From the NCBI RefSeq assembly GCF_009914755.1, contig NC_060926.1: a stretch of DNA of 64,000 nt, one strand, 5' to 3'. This stretch comes from the human T2T-CHM13v2.0 reference genome, Homo sapiens. Shown piece by piece: positions 12,822 through 26,224 of this stretch. The notes beneath the pieces were generated by a model. It was given only the letters and a program-made list of their open reading frames with translations. It searched no databases and was not told the origin of the DNA. Made by a program: the position numbers and the translations under genes. The number at the start of each line of letters is the position of its first letter. Position 1 is the first letter of the stretch.

Positions 12822-13359
12822 ATATTTATATTTATAATCATGAAAGAAACAACAATTACATGTGACATCTCAATATAGATAATGGAAGCCAGAAGACAAT
12901 GGAACATTATCTTCAAAGTTTGGAAAAAAATATAATTGCCAACCTAGAATAGCATGACTTTTCTAGTAAACACAACTAAATGAATTCATCCCTATTGAAA
13001 CAATTTTAATTAAAATACATAAGAATGATTTGGGCTGAAGAAAATATGCAAGAAGTAAGCTTAGGGATAAAGAAAACAACAGAAATGGAAAAGCAAAATA
13101 TGTGGGAAATGTAAATAAATATTATTAATAATTGCATAAGACAATAATAATTCTTTTGGAGTTTAAATATGAAGAAGGATAAAATGTAGTATAAGACTAA
13201 GGCATAAACCTGTGTGTCATACATACAATTTATGTGTTCTGAGGTCTTATAAAATATGGGAATTTGTGAAAGGATAATTTGTATTATCAAGAATGCATTA
13301 TTTAATTACTCAGTATTCTCTAAAATTAGTTAAAGAAGGTCCAAATAAAAGGATAGTAA

Positions 13360-13809
<450 letters not shown>

Positions 13810-13895
13810 TTAAATTCAAAATATATGCAATAAAAATAGTTTGGATGCTCCAAATCAAAGATGATACTTTCAGACTAGATTAAGAAATAAAGTCA

Positions 13896-14224
13896 AGGGA
13901 CATGGATGAAGCTAGAAGCCATCATTCTGAGCAAACTATCACAAGGACAGAAAACCAAACACCACATGTTCTCACTCATAGGTGGGAATTGAACAATGAG
14001 AACACTTGGACACAGGGTGGAAAACATCACACACTGGGGCCTATCATGGGGTGGGAGGAGGGGGGAGGGATAGCATTAGGAGATATACCTAATGTAAAAG
14101 ATGAGTTAATGGGTGCAGCACACCAACATGGCACATGTATACATATGTAACAAACCTGCACGTTTTGCTCATATACCCTAGAACTTAAAGTATAATAAAA
14201 AATAAATAAATAAAATTTTAAAAA
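13896..14224 (+). mobile_element. 5'-truncated L1PA (PA5-like) 3' end
   Basis: L1PA ORF2 end and 3'UTR with tail; TSD AAGAAATAAAGTCA (13882-13895) / AAGAAATACAGTCA (14225-14238). Confidence 0.95.
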
Positions 14225-14426
14225 AAGAAATACAGTCACAAGGGAAAAAATATGTGAAGTTTAAGAATGTAGAAAGTTTTTAAAGTAAACAAGAATGGAC
14301 AGTTTGTAATAATAAATGGGCAATCTACCAGAAAGATGTAATAATTCTGAATTTATGTGCATAGAATAATACACTTTAAATCACATGAAGCAAAAGTTGA
14401 CAGTCAAAAACTTAAAGAAATTATTA

Positions 14427-15136
14427 CACTGATCCCTAGGTGTATTGGTCTGTTCTCATGCTATTGTGAAGAAATACCCAAGACTGGGTAATTTATAAAG
14501 AAAAGAGGCTTGACTCACCATTCTGCATGGCTGTGAAGGCCTCAGGAAACTTCCAATTGAGGCCAAAGGTGAAGGGGAAAAAAGCACCTTCTTCATAGGA
14601 TGGCAGGAACGGCCAAGCAAACGGGGAAAAGCCCCTTATAAAATCACCAGATCTCATGAGAACTCACTGACTATCATTAGAACAGCATGAGGGTAACTGG
14701 CCCCATGATTCAATTACCTACCGCCAGGCCCCTCCCATGACACTTGGAAATTATGGGAACTATAATTCAAGATGAGATCTGAATGAGGACACAGCCAAAC
14801 CATTTCAATAGGTATCTATGGGGGATTGGTTCCTGGACCTCTCAAGAATACCAAATACATGATGCTCAAGTCTATGATATGAAATGGCATAGCATTTTCA
14901 TATAGCCCATGCATATCTTTCTGTATACTTTAGATAATCTATAGATAACTTATAATATCTAATGAAATGTAAAGGCTGTATGCATAGTTGTTATGCTGCA
15001 TTGATTGGGGGATAATAATGAGGAAAAAACTCTGTACATGTTCACTACATATATAATTACTATTATTTTAAATATTTTTGATCTATGGTTGGTTTAACCC
15101 ACCAATGCAAAGCTAATAGATATGGAAGGGCAACTG
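14427..15136 (+). mobile_element. MER2 (Tigger-family MITE) interrupted near its left end by a MaLR LTR
   Basis: GGTATCTATGGGGGATTGGTTCCTGGACC...GATGCTCAAGTC; ends GGAAGGGCAACTG; TA dinucleotide on both sides (14425-26, 15137-38). Confidence 0.88.
14441..14807 (-). mobile_element. THE1/MST-family solo LTR nested in MER2
   Basis: TGTATTGGTCTGTTCTCATGC...ACACAGCCAAACCATTTCA; near TSD CTAGG/ATAGG. Confidence 0.92.
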
Positions 15137-16179
15137 TAGAAAAAAAAGATTTTTAACAAAATTCTATCAGTTACTAATAAAAGGAGCAGACAAAAGTAAG
15201 TACATGTGCATATATAGATGTATAAAACAATGTATTGACAAACTAAATAATGCACATTTTTTTAGATGCACGTATTATGGACTATATACAAAAAGCACAA
15301 TTTCCATATGCTAGACACCAAACAGAATTCACTACATTTTAAATGCTTAAAATCATAATGACCTAAAACTAACATTATTAAAGAAAAATAGATTGCCCTG
15401 AATATGCAAAAAGTAAAAAGTACATTTTTCAATAACTTGTGGCTTCTAGAAGAAAATAAGAAGAACTTCAAGACTTTTGCAAAGGTAAAGATTTCTTAAA
15501 TAGAAACAAAAGTACTAAACAAAAGAAAATAGTATTTAGTTTAAGAATCTTTAAAAATATATCTTCTTCAAAATAAGCCATTAAGAAATAGTGATCCTAA
15601 TAATCATCATTATTATTATTACTGATCTGAACACTTCAAATATTTTTTAAAATCTCTGACATGAAAAATACTAATTTAATATTATTGTAGAATATTATCA
15701 AACTAATAAGCTAAGTCAATATTTTGGAAACAGGAAAATGAAATAGTTAAGTATTCTTTCTACATTTCCTAGATGAAATATGTCATTGCATAAGAAAAAG
15801 AGAATATCAAGTTTCTCTTTAGAAAATAACATTAGCTACTAAATGCAGAAGAAATTTTAAAATTAGAAATTAAGAATTGAGAAATTAAAAAATCACCAAT
15901 TTGTAACTCTAATAATTGAGTGGACTTGGATGTTGGTCATCAAGAATTGCTAACACAATAAAAAGATAGACAAGCATGCATTTTTTTCTCTAAGCACAGT
16001 ATGACTTGTATAACATAATGTTTTGTATGTCATATTTTCTTTTTATTGGCAAAATTTTGATACCTCATTTTGTAATGTTCAAAGTACTATTATGTGCAGT
16101 AAAAAACTGGAAACAATTCAAATTTTCATCAATGGTATAAATAATATCTGCCCTATAGTATATTAGTTAATAGTAATTG

Positions 16180-16652
16180 AGTGGCCTTGTTTTCTGCCTT
16201 TGTCTTGTTGTGCTGACACCGCCCAGCTCTCATCAACTCATGATACCAAACACCATGTCTTCATGGTGTTGAAGTTGATGTGGAAATTGCTGAACAATTT
16301 GTGACTATCAAGAACATGTTAGAAGATTTGGGAATGGTTGATGGAGATGTTGACTCATCTCCTTTACCAAGTGTTAATTCAGCAATCTTAAAAAAAAAAT
16401 AAGTCATTTAGTGGTGTAGCCACCACAAAGATGGTTCTCCTCCTTCTGAAGATAACAGGAACAAAGAAAAGTGAACAGGTGATATCCCTGTTTGGGAACA
16501 GGAATTTCTGAAAATTTGACCAAGGAATACTTTTTGAACTTCTTTTGGCTGAAAACTACTTCTCAAAATTTCTTGATGTTACATGTGAGACAGTCACCAA
16601 TATAATCAAGAAAAACAAAACAAAACAAAAACTCGTGAGGAGATTCATGAGA
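16180..16652 (+). pseudogene. SKP1: SKP1 processed pseudogene, 5' part (5'UTR and CDS to about codon 137)
   Basis: AACACCATG at 16249-16257; translated segments [92 protein letters not shown] and TREEI match SKP1 ([22 protein letters not shown]...IPVWDQEFLK...TPEEIRK); intronless, with stops and frameshifts. The symbol names the parent gene. Confidence 0.95.
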
Positions 16653-16685
16653 ATGAGTTTAGTAACTTTTTTTTTTTTTTTTTTT

Positions 16686-19600
16686 GGAAAGACAGCAGAT
16701 AGGAGAAAGGGCTAACATGCTGCTCCCACATGGATAAACATAACAGCATGTGGACATTCACACTGAATTTTTTCTCCAAGAACTTATATCAGGAAAACTG
16801 AAAGAAATCGCAGATGCTTTGAAAGAAGTGGCATGTTGCTGCAAATTCTATGAGACAGGTGAAAAACTGTGAGTTCCCAAAGTGTGAGAGGGGAATAACC
16901 TGCCACCAAACACATATTCTTACTGGGGAATCTGAAAATCCAGGTCTCAAGAGAAAGATTTAACCTTACCTAGAGCTGAAATGGATTTAGGGAGCCATGT
17001 GAAATATAAAAGTAGAAGCAGCAGTGGGAAGAGCCTTGTAGGCGCTCCCAGTCTCCAGCTCGAGCCCAGGGAAGCCATTCCTGGCCTAATCTCATAAGAG
17101 CCTTTGGATAAGGCAGCCAGCAAAATCAGAGAACTGTCACAGGGTGAAAGAAGCTTCCAACTGAAATTTGTACTAATTGCAACAGGGCACAAATTTTTCT
17201 CGAGCAGAGTCCAGGGGCAAATGGGAACTGCTGCAAATACAAGGGCAGGATATGCCACAGATAGTGTAGGCAGATGGGGAGGGGTGAGGCCTAAAACCCC
17301 TGCTTTCTTTCTCAGCAGGGAAGCTTACAGCCTAGGGCAAGGTCTAAGTGGGGCACTGCAGGAACAAGACTGGCCCTCAAAAACTGTGTGGGAACTGGGT
17401 GGGGCTTTTCACTACCAGCTATCCCGTAATTCCATAGCAAACTATGTGACACAGCAGAGGCAGCCATAATTCTCTCTGGATCATAACCTCATTGAACTGA
17501 GAATCACCCCCTAAACTCCATAGTGAAGAGTCTGAGACCAGACCTGCATAACCCTGCCCCCTCCTGATGGTATTCCCCTATCTGCCTTGGTAGCTGAACA
17601 CAAAAGACATAAACTTTTCTGAGCTTTATGGGACTCCACATTGCCTAAGAAAACAGAATATGTACCCTGGCCAACTTAGGGCAAGTTTAGATCCCCCTAT
17701 TACTACCACAGCTGATGCTCTCTTGAAAGTATCATCTCCTGGCTGGAGGTCAACCAACTAAGGCCATTACAGCAACTCATGACAGAATAACCCTGCTCCC
17801 AGGAAAAGGAAAACAATAGCTAATACCACTGCCTTCAACATCCTGGCTAACCAGAGGTCCTGAGTCTATTTACATAATAACTTCCCTGCTAACGTAACCA
17901 GCATTTGAGAAAACTAGCACACTAAACATATCTACAACCACGGACTCTCACAGAGTCTACTTCACTCCCTTTCCACTTCCACCAGAGCAGGTGCTGGTAT
18001 CCACAGCTGGGAGACCTGATGATGGATCACATCACAAGATGCTTTGCAGACATTCCCCAGCACCAGTCCAGAGCCTAGTAGTCCACTAGGTGGCTAGACC
18101 CAGAAAAGCAATACCAATCACTGCAGTCCAGCTCTCAACAAACCCCTTCCCTGGGGGTGAGGGGGAGCACAACACATCAAGAGATCACCCCGTGGAACAA
18201 AAGAATGTGAACAACAGGCCTTGACTTCCAGACCCTTCCAGTGAGATAGTCTACCCAAATGAGAAGGAATTAGACAAGTAATTCTGATAATATGAAAAAA
18301 CAAGTTTCTATAACACCCCCAAAAGATGACACTAGCTCCCCAGCAATGGATCTAAACCAAGAAGAAATTGAAGAATTGCCAGATAAAAAATTCAGAGGGC
18401 TTATTAATAAACTACTCAAGGAGCTACCAGATAAAGGTGAAAACCAACTTAAAGAAATTAATAAAAACTATATAGGTTATGGATAAAAATTATCCAAAGG
18501 AATAGATATCGAAGAAAAAACAATGACAACTTTTGAAAATGAAAGATACACTTAGAGAAATAAAAAATGCAATGCAAACTTTCAACAATAGACTAGAACA
18601 AAATGAAAAAAGAGCTTCAAAGACCAAAGACAAGGATTTTGAATTAACTAAATCAGACAAAGACAAAAAAAGAAGATTAAAAAAATAAACAAAGCCTCCA
18701 AGGAATTTGGGATTATGTTAAATGGCCAAACCTAAGAATAATTGATGTTCCTGAGGAAGAAGAGAAATCTAACAGTTTGGAAAACTTATTTGAGAAAATA
18801 ATTGAGGAAAACTTCCCTGGCCTTGCTAGAGAACTAGATATTCAAATACATGAAGGTCAAGGAACAGCTGGGAAAATCATTGCAAAAATCGTATCAACTA
18901 GGCACATAATCATCAGGTTATCTAAAGTCAAGGTGAAGGAAAGAATCTTAAAACCTGTGAGACAAATATCATCAGGTAATCTATGAAAGAAAATCTATCA
19001 GACTAACAGCAGATTTCTCAGCAGAAGCTTTATAAGTGAGAAGGGATTAGGATTTTATCTTTAGCCTCCTGAAAGAAAATAATTGTCAGCCAAGAATTTT
19101 GTACCCAGCAAACTAAGCTTCATGAATGAAGAGGAGATAAAGTTTTTCTTCTTTTTTTCAGACAAATAAATGCTGAGAGAATTTGCCATTACCTAGCCAG
19201 CACTACAAGAGTTGCTAAAAAGAGTTTCTAATTTTCAAATGAAACCTCAAAATACACCAAAATAGAACCTTCTTAAAGCATAAATCTCACAGGGCCTATA
19301 AAACAACAACACAATAATACCTCACATCTCAACAGTAACATTGAATGCAAATGGGCTAAATGCTCCATTAAAAGATATGGAATGGCAGATTGGCTAAAAG
19401 TTCACCAGCCAAGTATCTGCTGTCTTCAAGAGATTCACCTGACACATGAGGACTCAAGTAAACTTAAGGTAAAAGGGTGGAAAAAGATATTCCACACAAA
19501 TAGAAACTAAAAGTGAGCAGAAGTAGCTATTCTTATATAAGGCAAAACAAACTTTAAGGCAACAAGGGTTTAAAAAGACAAAGAGGGACATTATATAATG

Positions 19601-22600
19601 ATAAAAGCATTCGTCCAGCAGGAAAATATCACAATCTTAAATATATATGCACCTAACACTAGAGTTCCCAAATTTATAAAATAATTACTACTAGACCCAA
19701 TAAATGAAATAGATGGCAACATAATAATAGTAAGGGACTTCAATATTCCACTGACAGCACTAGAGAGGTCATCAAGACAGAAAGTCAACAACAAAAAAAA
19801 TGGACTTAATCTGTACTCTAAAACAAATGAACACAACAGATATTTACAGAACATTCCACCCAACAACTGCAGAATATACATCCTTTTTGTAAGTACATGG
19901 AACATTCTCCAAGATAAACCATATGATAGGCAACAAAACAAGTCTCAATAAATATAAGAAAATTGAAATTGTATCAAGTATCCTTTCAGACCACAGCTAA
20001 ATAGAACTGGAAATTAACTCCAAAAAGAATCTTCAAAACTATACATGATAATTAAGTAATCTGCTCTTGAATGATCTTTGGGTCAAGGATGAAATCAAGA
20101 AGGAAATTTAAAAATTCTTTTAACTGAACAATAATGATGACACAACCTATCACACCTCTAAGATACAGTAAAAGGGGTGCTAAGAGGAAAGTTTATAGCA
20201 TTAAATACACTAAAAAGTCTAAAAGAGCACTGATAGGCAATCTAAGGTCATACCCCAAGGAATTAGTGAAACAAAACAAACCAAATCCAAACCCAGCAGA
20301 AGAAATGAAATAACAAAAATCAGAGCATAAATAAATAAAATTGTAACCATGGATAAATGAAACAAAAAGCTTATTTTTTGAAAAGATAAACAAAATTGAT
20401 AGAACATTAGCATGATTAACAAAGAAAAGATAGAAGATCCAAATAAGTTCAATTAGAAACAAAATGCAAGATGTTTCAACCAATACCACAGAAATGCAAG
20501 AGATCATTCAAGGCTACTATGAACACCTTTATGCACACAAACTAGAAAATCTAAGGAGAGGGACACATTCCTGGAAACATATAACCCTCCTAGAATAAAT
20601 CAGGAAGAAATAGAAACTCTGAACAGACCAATAAGAAGTAGCAAAATTAAAACAGTAACAAAAAAAATTTGCCAACAAAATAAAGTCCAGGACCAGGTGG
20701 ATTCATGGTTGAATTCCCTCAGACATTCAAAGAAGAATTGGTACCAATCTTACTGAAACTATTCCAAACGAGAAAGAAAGATGGAATCCTCCCTAAATTG
20801 TCCTATGAAGCCAGTATCACCATGAAACTAAAACCAGACAAGGACATAAAAACAGTGAAAAAAACTACAGACTAATATCCCTGATGAACATAGGTGCAAA
20901 AATCCTCAACCAAATGCTATTCAAACCTAACCAAATCAAACAACATATTAAAAAGGTATGCCATTGGATTCAGTCCAAATCAAACCGCATATTAAAAAGA
21001 CATGCTGTTGGATTCAGCCACCTAGTGTTTTAAAACAAAAGATAATATACCATGAACAAGTAGGTTTCATAGCAGAGATACAGGGATGGTTTAACATATG
21101 CTAGTCAATAAATGTGATACACCACACAAACAGATTTAAAAACAAATATATAATCACCTCAATAGATGCAGAAAAGGCATTTGACAAAATCCAGCATCCA
21201 TTTATTATTAAAACCCTCAGCAAAATTGGCATAAAAGATACATACCTCAAGGTAATAAAAGCCATCTATGTCAGACCCACAGCCACCATAATACTGACTG
21301 GGGAAAAGTTGAGAGCATTCCCCCTGAGACCTGGAACAAGACAAAGATGCCCATTTTTATGACTTATGTTCGACATAGTACTGGAAGTACTAGCCAGATC
21401 AATCAGACAAGAGAACAAAATAAAGGGCATCAAAATTGGTAAAGAGGAAGTCAGACTGTTGCTGTTTGCTGATGATATAATCATATACCTAGAAAAAACT
21501 TAGACTCATCCAAAAAGCTCCTAGATTTGATGAATGAATTCAGCAAAGTTTCAGGATACCAAACCAATGTACACAAAGCAATAGAACTACTATAGACCAA
21601 CAACAACAAAACTGAGAATCAAATAAAAAACTCAACCCCTTTTACATCTGCCAAAAAAAAAGTAAAATACTTAGGAATATACCTAAGTAAGGAGGTGGAG
21701 GATCTCTATAAGGAAAACTATAAAACACTACCAAAAGAAATCATTTGATGACACAAATAAATGGAAACACATCCCGTCTTCATGGATGGGTAGAATAAAT
21801 ATTGTGAAAATGACCATATTGCCAACAACAATCTACAGATTAAATTCAATTTCCATCAAAATGCCTTCATTATTCTTCACAGAACTAGAAAAAACTATCC
21901 TAAAATTTATATGGAGCCAAAAAAGAGCCTGCATAGCCAAAGCAAGACTGAGCAAAAGGAACAAATCTAGAGGTATCACATGGCCTGACTTCAAAGTATA
22001 CTATGAGTCTGTAGTTAACAAAACAACATGCAGTGGTATAAAAATAGACACACAGACCAATGGAACAGAATAGAGAACCCAGACATAAAGCCAAATACTT
22101 ACAGTCAATTGATCTTCAACAAAGCAAACAAAACATAAGGTGGACAAAGGACACCCTATTCAACAAATGGTGTCGGAATTATTGGCAAGCCATAGGTAGA
22201 ATAATGAAGCTGGATTCTAATCTCTCACCTTATATAAAAATCCACTCAAGATGGATCAAGGACTTAAGTCTAAGACCTAAAACCATGAAAATTCTAGAAG
22301 ATAACATATAGAAAACACTTCTAGATTGATTTAGGCAAAGAGTTAATAAGAAGGAACCCTAAAACAAATGCAAGAAAAACAAAAGTAAATAGATGGGACT
22401 TAATTAATCTATTAATCAAAAAAGCTTCTGCACAGAAATGAAAATCAGCAGCGTAAACAGACATCCCACAGAATTGGAGAAAATATTCACAAAATATGCA
22501 TCCAACTAAGGGCTAATATCCAGAATCTACAAGAAACTCAAACAAATCAGCAAGAAAAAAATGTCATCAAAAAGTGAGCAAAGAACATGAATAGACAGTT

Positions 22601-23008
22601 CTCAAAAGAAGGTATACAAATGGCCCACAAACATGAAAAAATGCTCAACATTGCTAATTATCAGGGAAATGTAAATCAAAATCACAATGAGATACCACCT
22701 TTCTCCTGCGAAAATGACCATAATTAAAAAAACAAAACATAATAATTTTGGCATGGATATCATGAAAAGGGAACACTTTTACACTGCTGATGGCAATGCA
22801 AGAAGGACAAAGTTCCTTAAATAACTAAAAGTAGAACTACCGTTTGAGCCAGCAATTCCACCACTGGGCATCTACTCAGAGGAAAAGAAGTCATTATATG
22901 AAAAAAACATTGCACACACATGTTTATAGCAGGACAATTTGCACTGCAAAAATATGGAACTAGCCTAAATGCCCACCAACCAATTAGTGGGTAAAGAAAA
23001 TGTGATTT

Positions 23009-23050
<42 letters not shown>

Positions 23051-23404
23051 TACTATGGAATACTACTCAGCCATAAAAAGGAATGGAATAATGGCATTTA
23101 TGGCAATCTGAATGGGGTTGGAGATCATTGTTATAAGTGAAGTAACTAAGAAATAGAAAAGCAAGTACAATATATCCCCACTTAAAAGTGGGAACTAAGC
23201 TATGAGGACACAAAGGCATAAGAATGATACAATGGACTTTGGAGACTTGGTAGAAGTGGAGTGATGGATAAAAGACCACACATTGGATACACTAGATATG
23301 GCTTGGGTGACCGGTGAACCAAAATCTCAGAAATCACCACTAAAGAACTTATCTATGTAACCAAAACCAAACACCAGCTGTTACCAAAAACTATTGAAAT
23401 AAAA
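16686..23404 (+). mobile_element. Near-full-length LINE-1, L1PB (L1PB1-like), inactive
   Basis: About 1.6-kb 5'UTR; ORF1 remnants (18292 MKKQVSITPPKD; 18777 ENLFEKIIEENFPGLAR); ORF2 remnants ([15 protein letters not shown]; TTTGCTGATGAT encoding FADD at about 21466); 3' end GAAATCACCACTAAAGAACTTATC...CTATTGAAATAAAA; many stops and frameshifts. Confidence 0.95.
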
Positions 23405-23406
23405 TT

Positions 23407-23452
23407 TAAAACTTAAAGTATAATAATAATAAAAATAAATAAATAAATAAAT
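23407..23452 (+). mobile_element. Very short L1PA 3'-terminal stub in the L1PB tail
   Basis: TAAAACTTAAAGTATAATAATAAT followed by (AAAT)n is the terminus of young L1PA elements, not of L1PB. Confidence 0.65.
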
Positions 23453-23520
23453 ATACAACATTAACTGTAACAGATGGTAAATTATAAAATAAAACAGCCA
23501 TGGAATTTGGCAGAGAAAAA

Positions 23521-23887
23521 AAAAAACAACTTTATTGAAGAGGTTCACATTGTAAATAAAAGAACTTGCAATAAGTTTCCTGAAACAGAATTAACAAAAT
23601 ATTATCTTTATTCATGAGTTGGAAACTGGGAAAAGGCTACTTGATGTAAATATTCAGAGTGGGGTTTTTCAGATGTCTTCCAGTCTCCTAGAGTCAAGGA
23701 GTACCATTGGTATTGATTAAACTATATGTAGTAGGACTCCCTTAGCTGCAACTGAGTATTAACTTTTTATTTTCAATCCTCCTAGCTTTGAATATATTGC
23801 CTAGAGACTCATTTACTACCCTGTTTGTGTTTTGGGGCAGGGGAAATCTAACTACATAGTTTGTTAGCTTTTCAATTAAAAGAGACA
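23521..23887 (+). pseudogene. SKP1: SKP1 processed pseudogene, 3' part (short CDS remnant and distal 3'UTR)
   Basis: AAAAACAACTTTATTGAAGAG encodes KNNFIEE (SKP1 KNDFTEE); AGAATTAACAAAATATTATCTTTATTCATGAGTTGGAAACTGG...GTCAAGGAGTACCA...ATATATTGCCTAGAGACTCA...GTTAGCTTTTCAATTAAAA resembles the SKP1 3'UTR as I recall it; ATTAAA at 23875-23880. Confidence 0.8.
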
Positions 23888-23909
23888 ATAACGATAATTA
23901 TAACAAATG

Positions 23910-24140
23910 ATGTTAGCTAAAACTTATATAGTAATTACTTTGAACCAGACGGTTTTCTAAATGTTGTTATATCATTTCATCCTCATAGCCACCTCACAAC
24001 TACTATAATCTCCATTTTACAAATGAGGGAACTGAGGCATAGGAAAGTTAAGTAACACTCCTATGGACACACAGTTACTCAAGGTCAAAAATGAGATTTT
24101 AATTTAGGATTTCCCAGTTCAAAATACATTGTTCTTAGAT
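23910..24140 (-). mobile_element. MIR SINE
   Basis: CCATTTTACAAATGAGGGAACTGAGGC is the reverse complement of the MIR core. Confidence 0.85.
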
Positions 24141-24436
24141 TCTAATCCCTCCTTAATATTTAGCAATTGGTAGACATTGGCTTTCTATAAACAATATTAA
24201 AATGCTACTAAATTTCCTGGCAGAAGGAGCAACAATTTAGGAATCATGTCCCCTGCTGCTTCAAGCTCATTAGTGGAGAGCAGTTTATAACTTTTTAGTT
24301 GCATCCTTGGCAGTTACAGAGACAATGGTTTTATAGAAGACACAAGAAAGAAATAACTTTCTATGAGATTTGTGAAAAATTATAATGTGGTTTATAAGTA
24401 GCAAATGAAATACCCAAGCATATTTGGGACCCCCAC

Positions 24437-24784
24437 TGCTATGGTCTGGAATATTCGTTTCCTCCTAAAATTCATATGGTGAAATCTCAACCCCTCAAAG
24501 TGATGGTGTTAGGAGGTGGGGTCTTTGGGAGTTGATAAGGTTGTGAGGGAGGAATCCTCATGAATAGGATTAATATAAAAAAGAAATACCAGAGAGCTTG
24601 TTCCTCCTTTCCAACAAGTGAGGACAAAGCAAGAAGCTATCATCTATGAACAAGAAAGCAGATACCAAATCTAATGGCGCCTTAATCTTGAATTTCCCAG
24701 CCTCAAGAACTGCAAGACAATAAATTTCAGTTGTATGTATGCTTCCCAGTTTATGGTGTTTTATTACAACAGCCCAAAGATACT
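24437..24784 (+). mobile_element. MLT1A-like solo LTR
   Basis: TGCTATGGTCTG...AAAATTCATATG...TTAGGAGGTGGGGTCTTTGGGAG...CCCAGCCTCAAGAACTG...CAGCCCAAA. Confidence 0.85.
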
Positions 24785-25393
24785 ACCTTTGGCTGCCTCT
24801 AATGAGTCCAAATCTGCCCTATAGATGTCCACTCCCCACATTTCCAGGCTGAATCAGCTGGACTCTCCAAGCAGCAGCTAGGGAAGCCAGCAGATGGTGA
24901 GCATGTGCAGCAGCAAACACTCAGCTCCACTATCATGGAAACAATGCATAAAAGTTGTTCTTAGGCCTCTTTAAGCCACGAAGCAAATAAATGCATACAT
25001 CTGTGGTGGTGATTAATGAGTGTCATATGCTACCATACAATCTACAGGAAATATCTGGATAGAAAAGAATAAAAATTATCTACAGGCCTTCTGGGAGACC
25101 ATGAAAAGGTCAGACATGGATTTTCATCTTGCATGCAGTGTATAATCAAGAGGCCCTGAAATCAAGAGAAGCATATCTTCACACCTAGTGCTGTGGACAC
25201 ACTGCCACTATATAATTTTTAACACAAGGAGTGTTCACTTCTGGTATGCATTCACTTCACAATAATCTACTCTTCACTTCATTCACATGAATGCTGACTA
25301 TATTCCATCTTCCTCTTTGTCTGATCACACAAATATCAGATTGTACTCCCTGGCTTTAACAATAGATTTTGATGGCTCATAAAAAAAGCGCCA

Positions 25394-25555
25394 GGCTGGG
25401 CATGGTGGCTCATGCCTTTTGTCCTAGCTACTTGGAAGGCTGAGGCGGGAGAATCACTTGAGCAAGGAGGTGGAGGCTGCAGTGAGCCATGATCACACCC
25501 CTGCACTCCAACCTGGGCAACATAATGAGACCCTGTCTCAAAAAAAAAAAAAAAA
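25394..25555 (+). mobile_element. Free right Alu monomer (FRAM/FAM-like)
   Basis: Single ~145-bp monomer GGCTGGGCATGGTGGCTC...GAGACCCTGTCTC followed by poly(A). Confidence 0.88.
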
Positions 25556-26224
25556 CCCACAGATCAAAAAATGTTTACAACCAAATAAGAAAATTATCCT
25601 TTTTTTCTTCCATGAAACATTTGAAGGAAGTGGAGGATACAGCCATAATTATACTTTGAGGTTCAGAAAGTTATAATGTGGTTGGTCAAATGACAAAGCG
25701 ATTATAATAGCTAGTACATTTAGGAAAATATATTCAATTGCAGGAGTAATAAGGAATATGAAAATGCAAAAATATGCTTTTTCACCCAAAAGTTTACTAA
25801 CATTTATGTAAGCAAGCATATGGTGAGATGGACACATTTATAAACAATTTGTAAGAATGCAATGTATTAAAACATTTTTGGAAGAATTTGGCAGCATATG
25901 TCAAATAAAAATAGACAAATTCAAGACTATAAACTAAAATAAGCATATGCATATATGTGTGTGCATGCTGGTGTGTGTGCATAAAAAATTACATATATAT
26001 ATGATTATTGAGTCATAGGATAATATTGGTAAAATAAATTGAAATATACTATGTATGCTTTAAGAGGTGACTGGTTTTAAATGTCATACTATAAAAAAGT
26101 AAACATGCAGCAATTAATCATGGGATAGGTCTATATGAATTGATAAGGAAAGGTTTCCAAAGAAAATGGTGATGTGATCAAAACAATTTAAAATAAATTT
26201 AGAACTTTCTTTGGGTTTAAAAGT

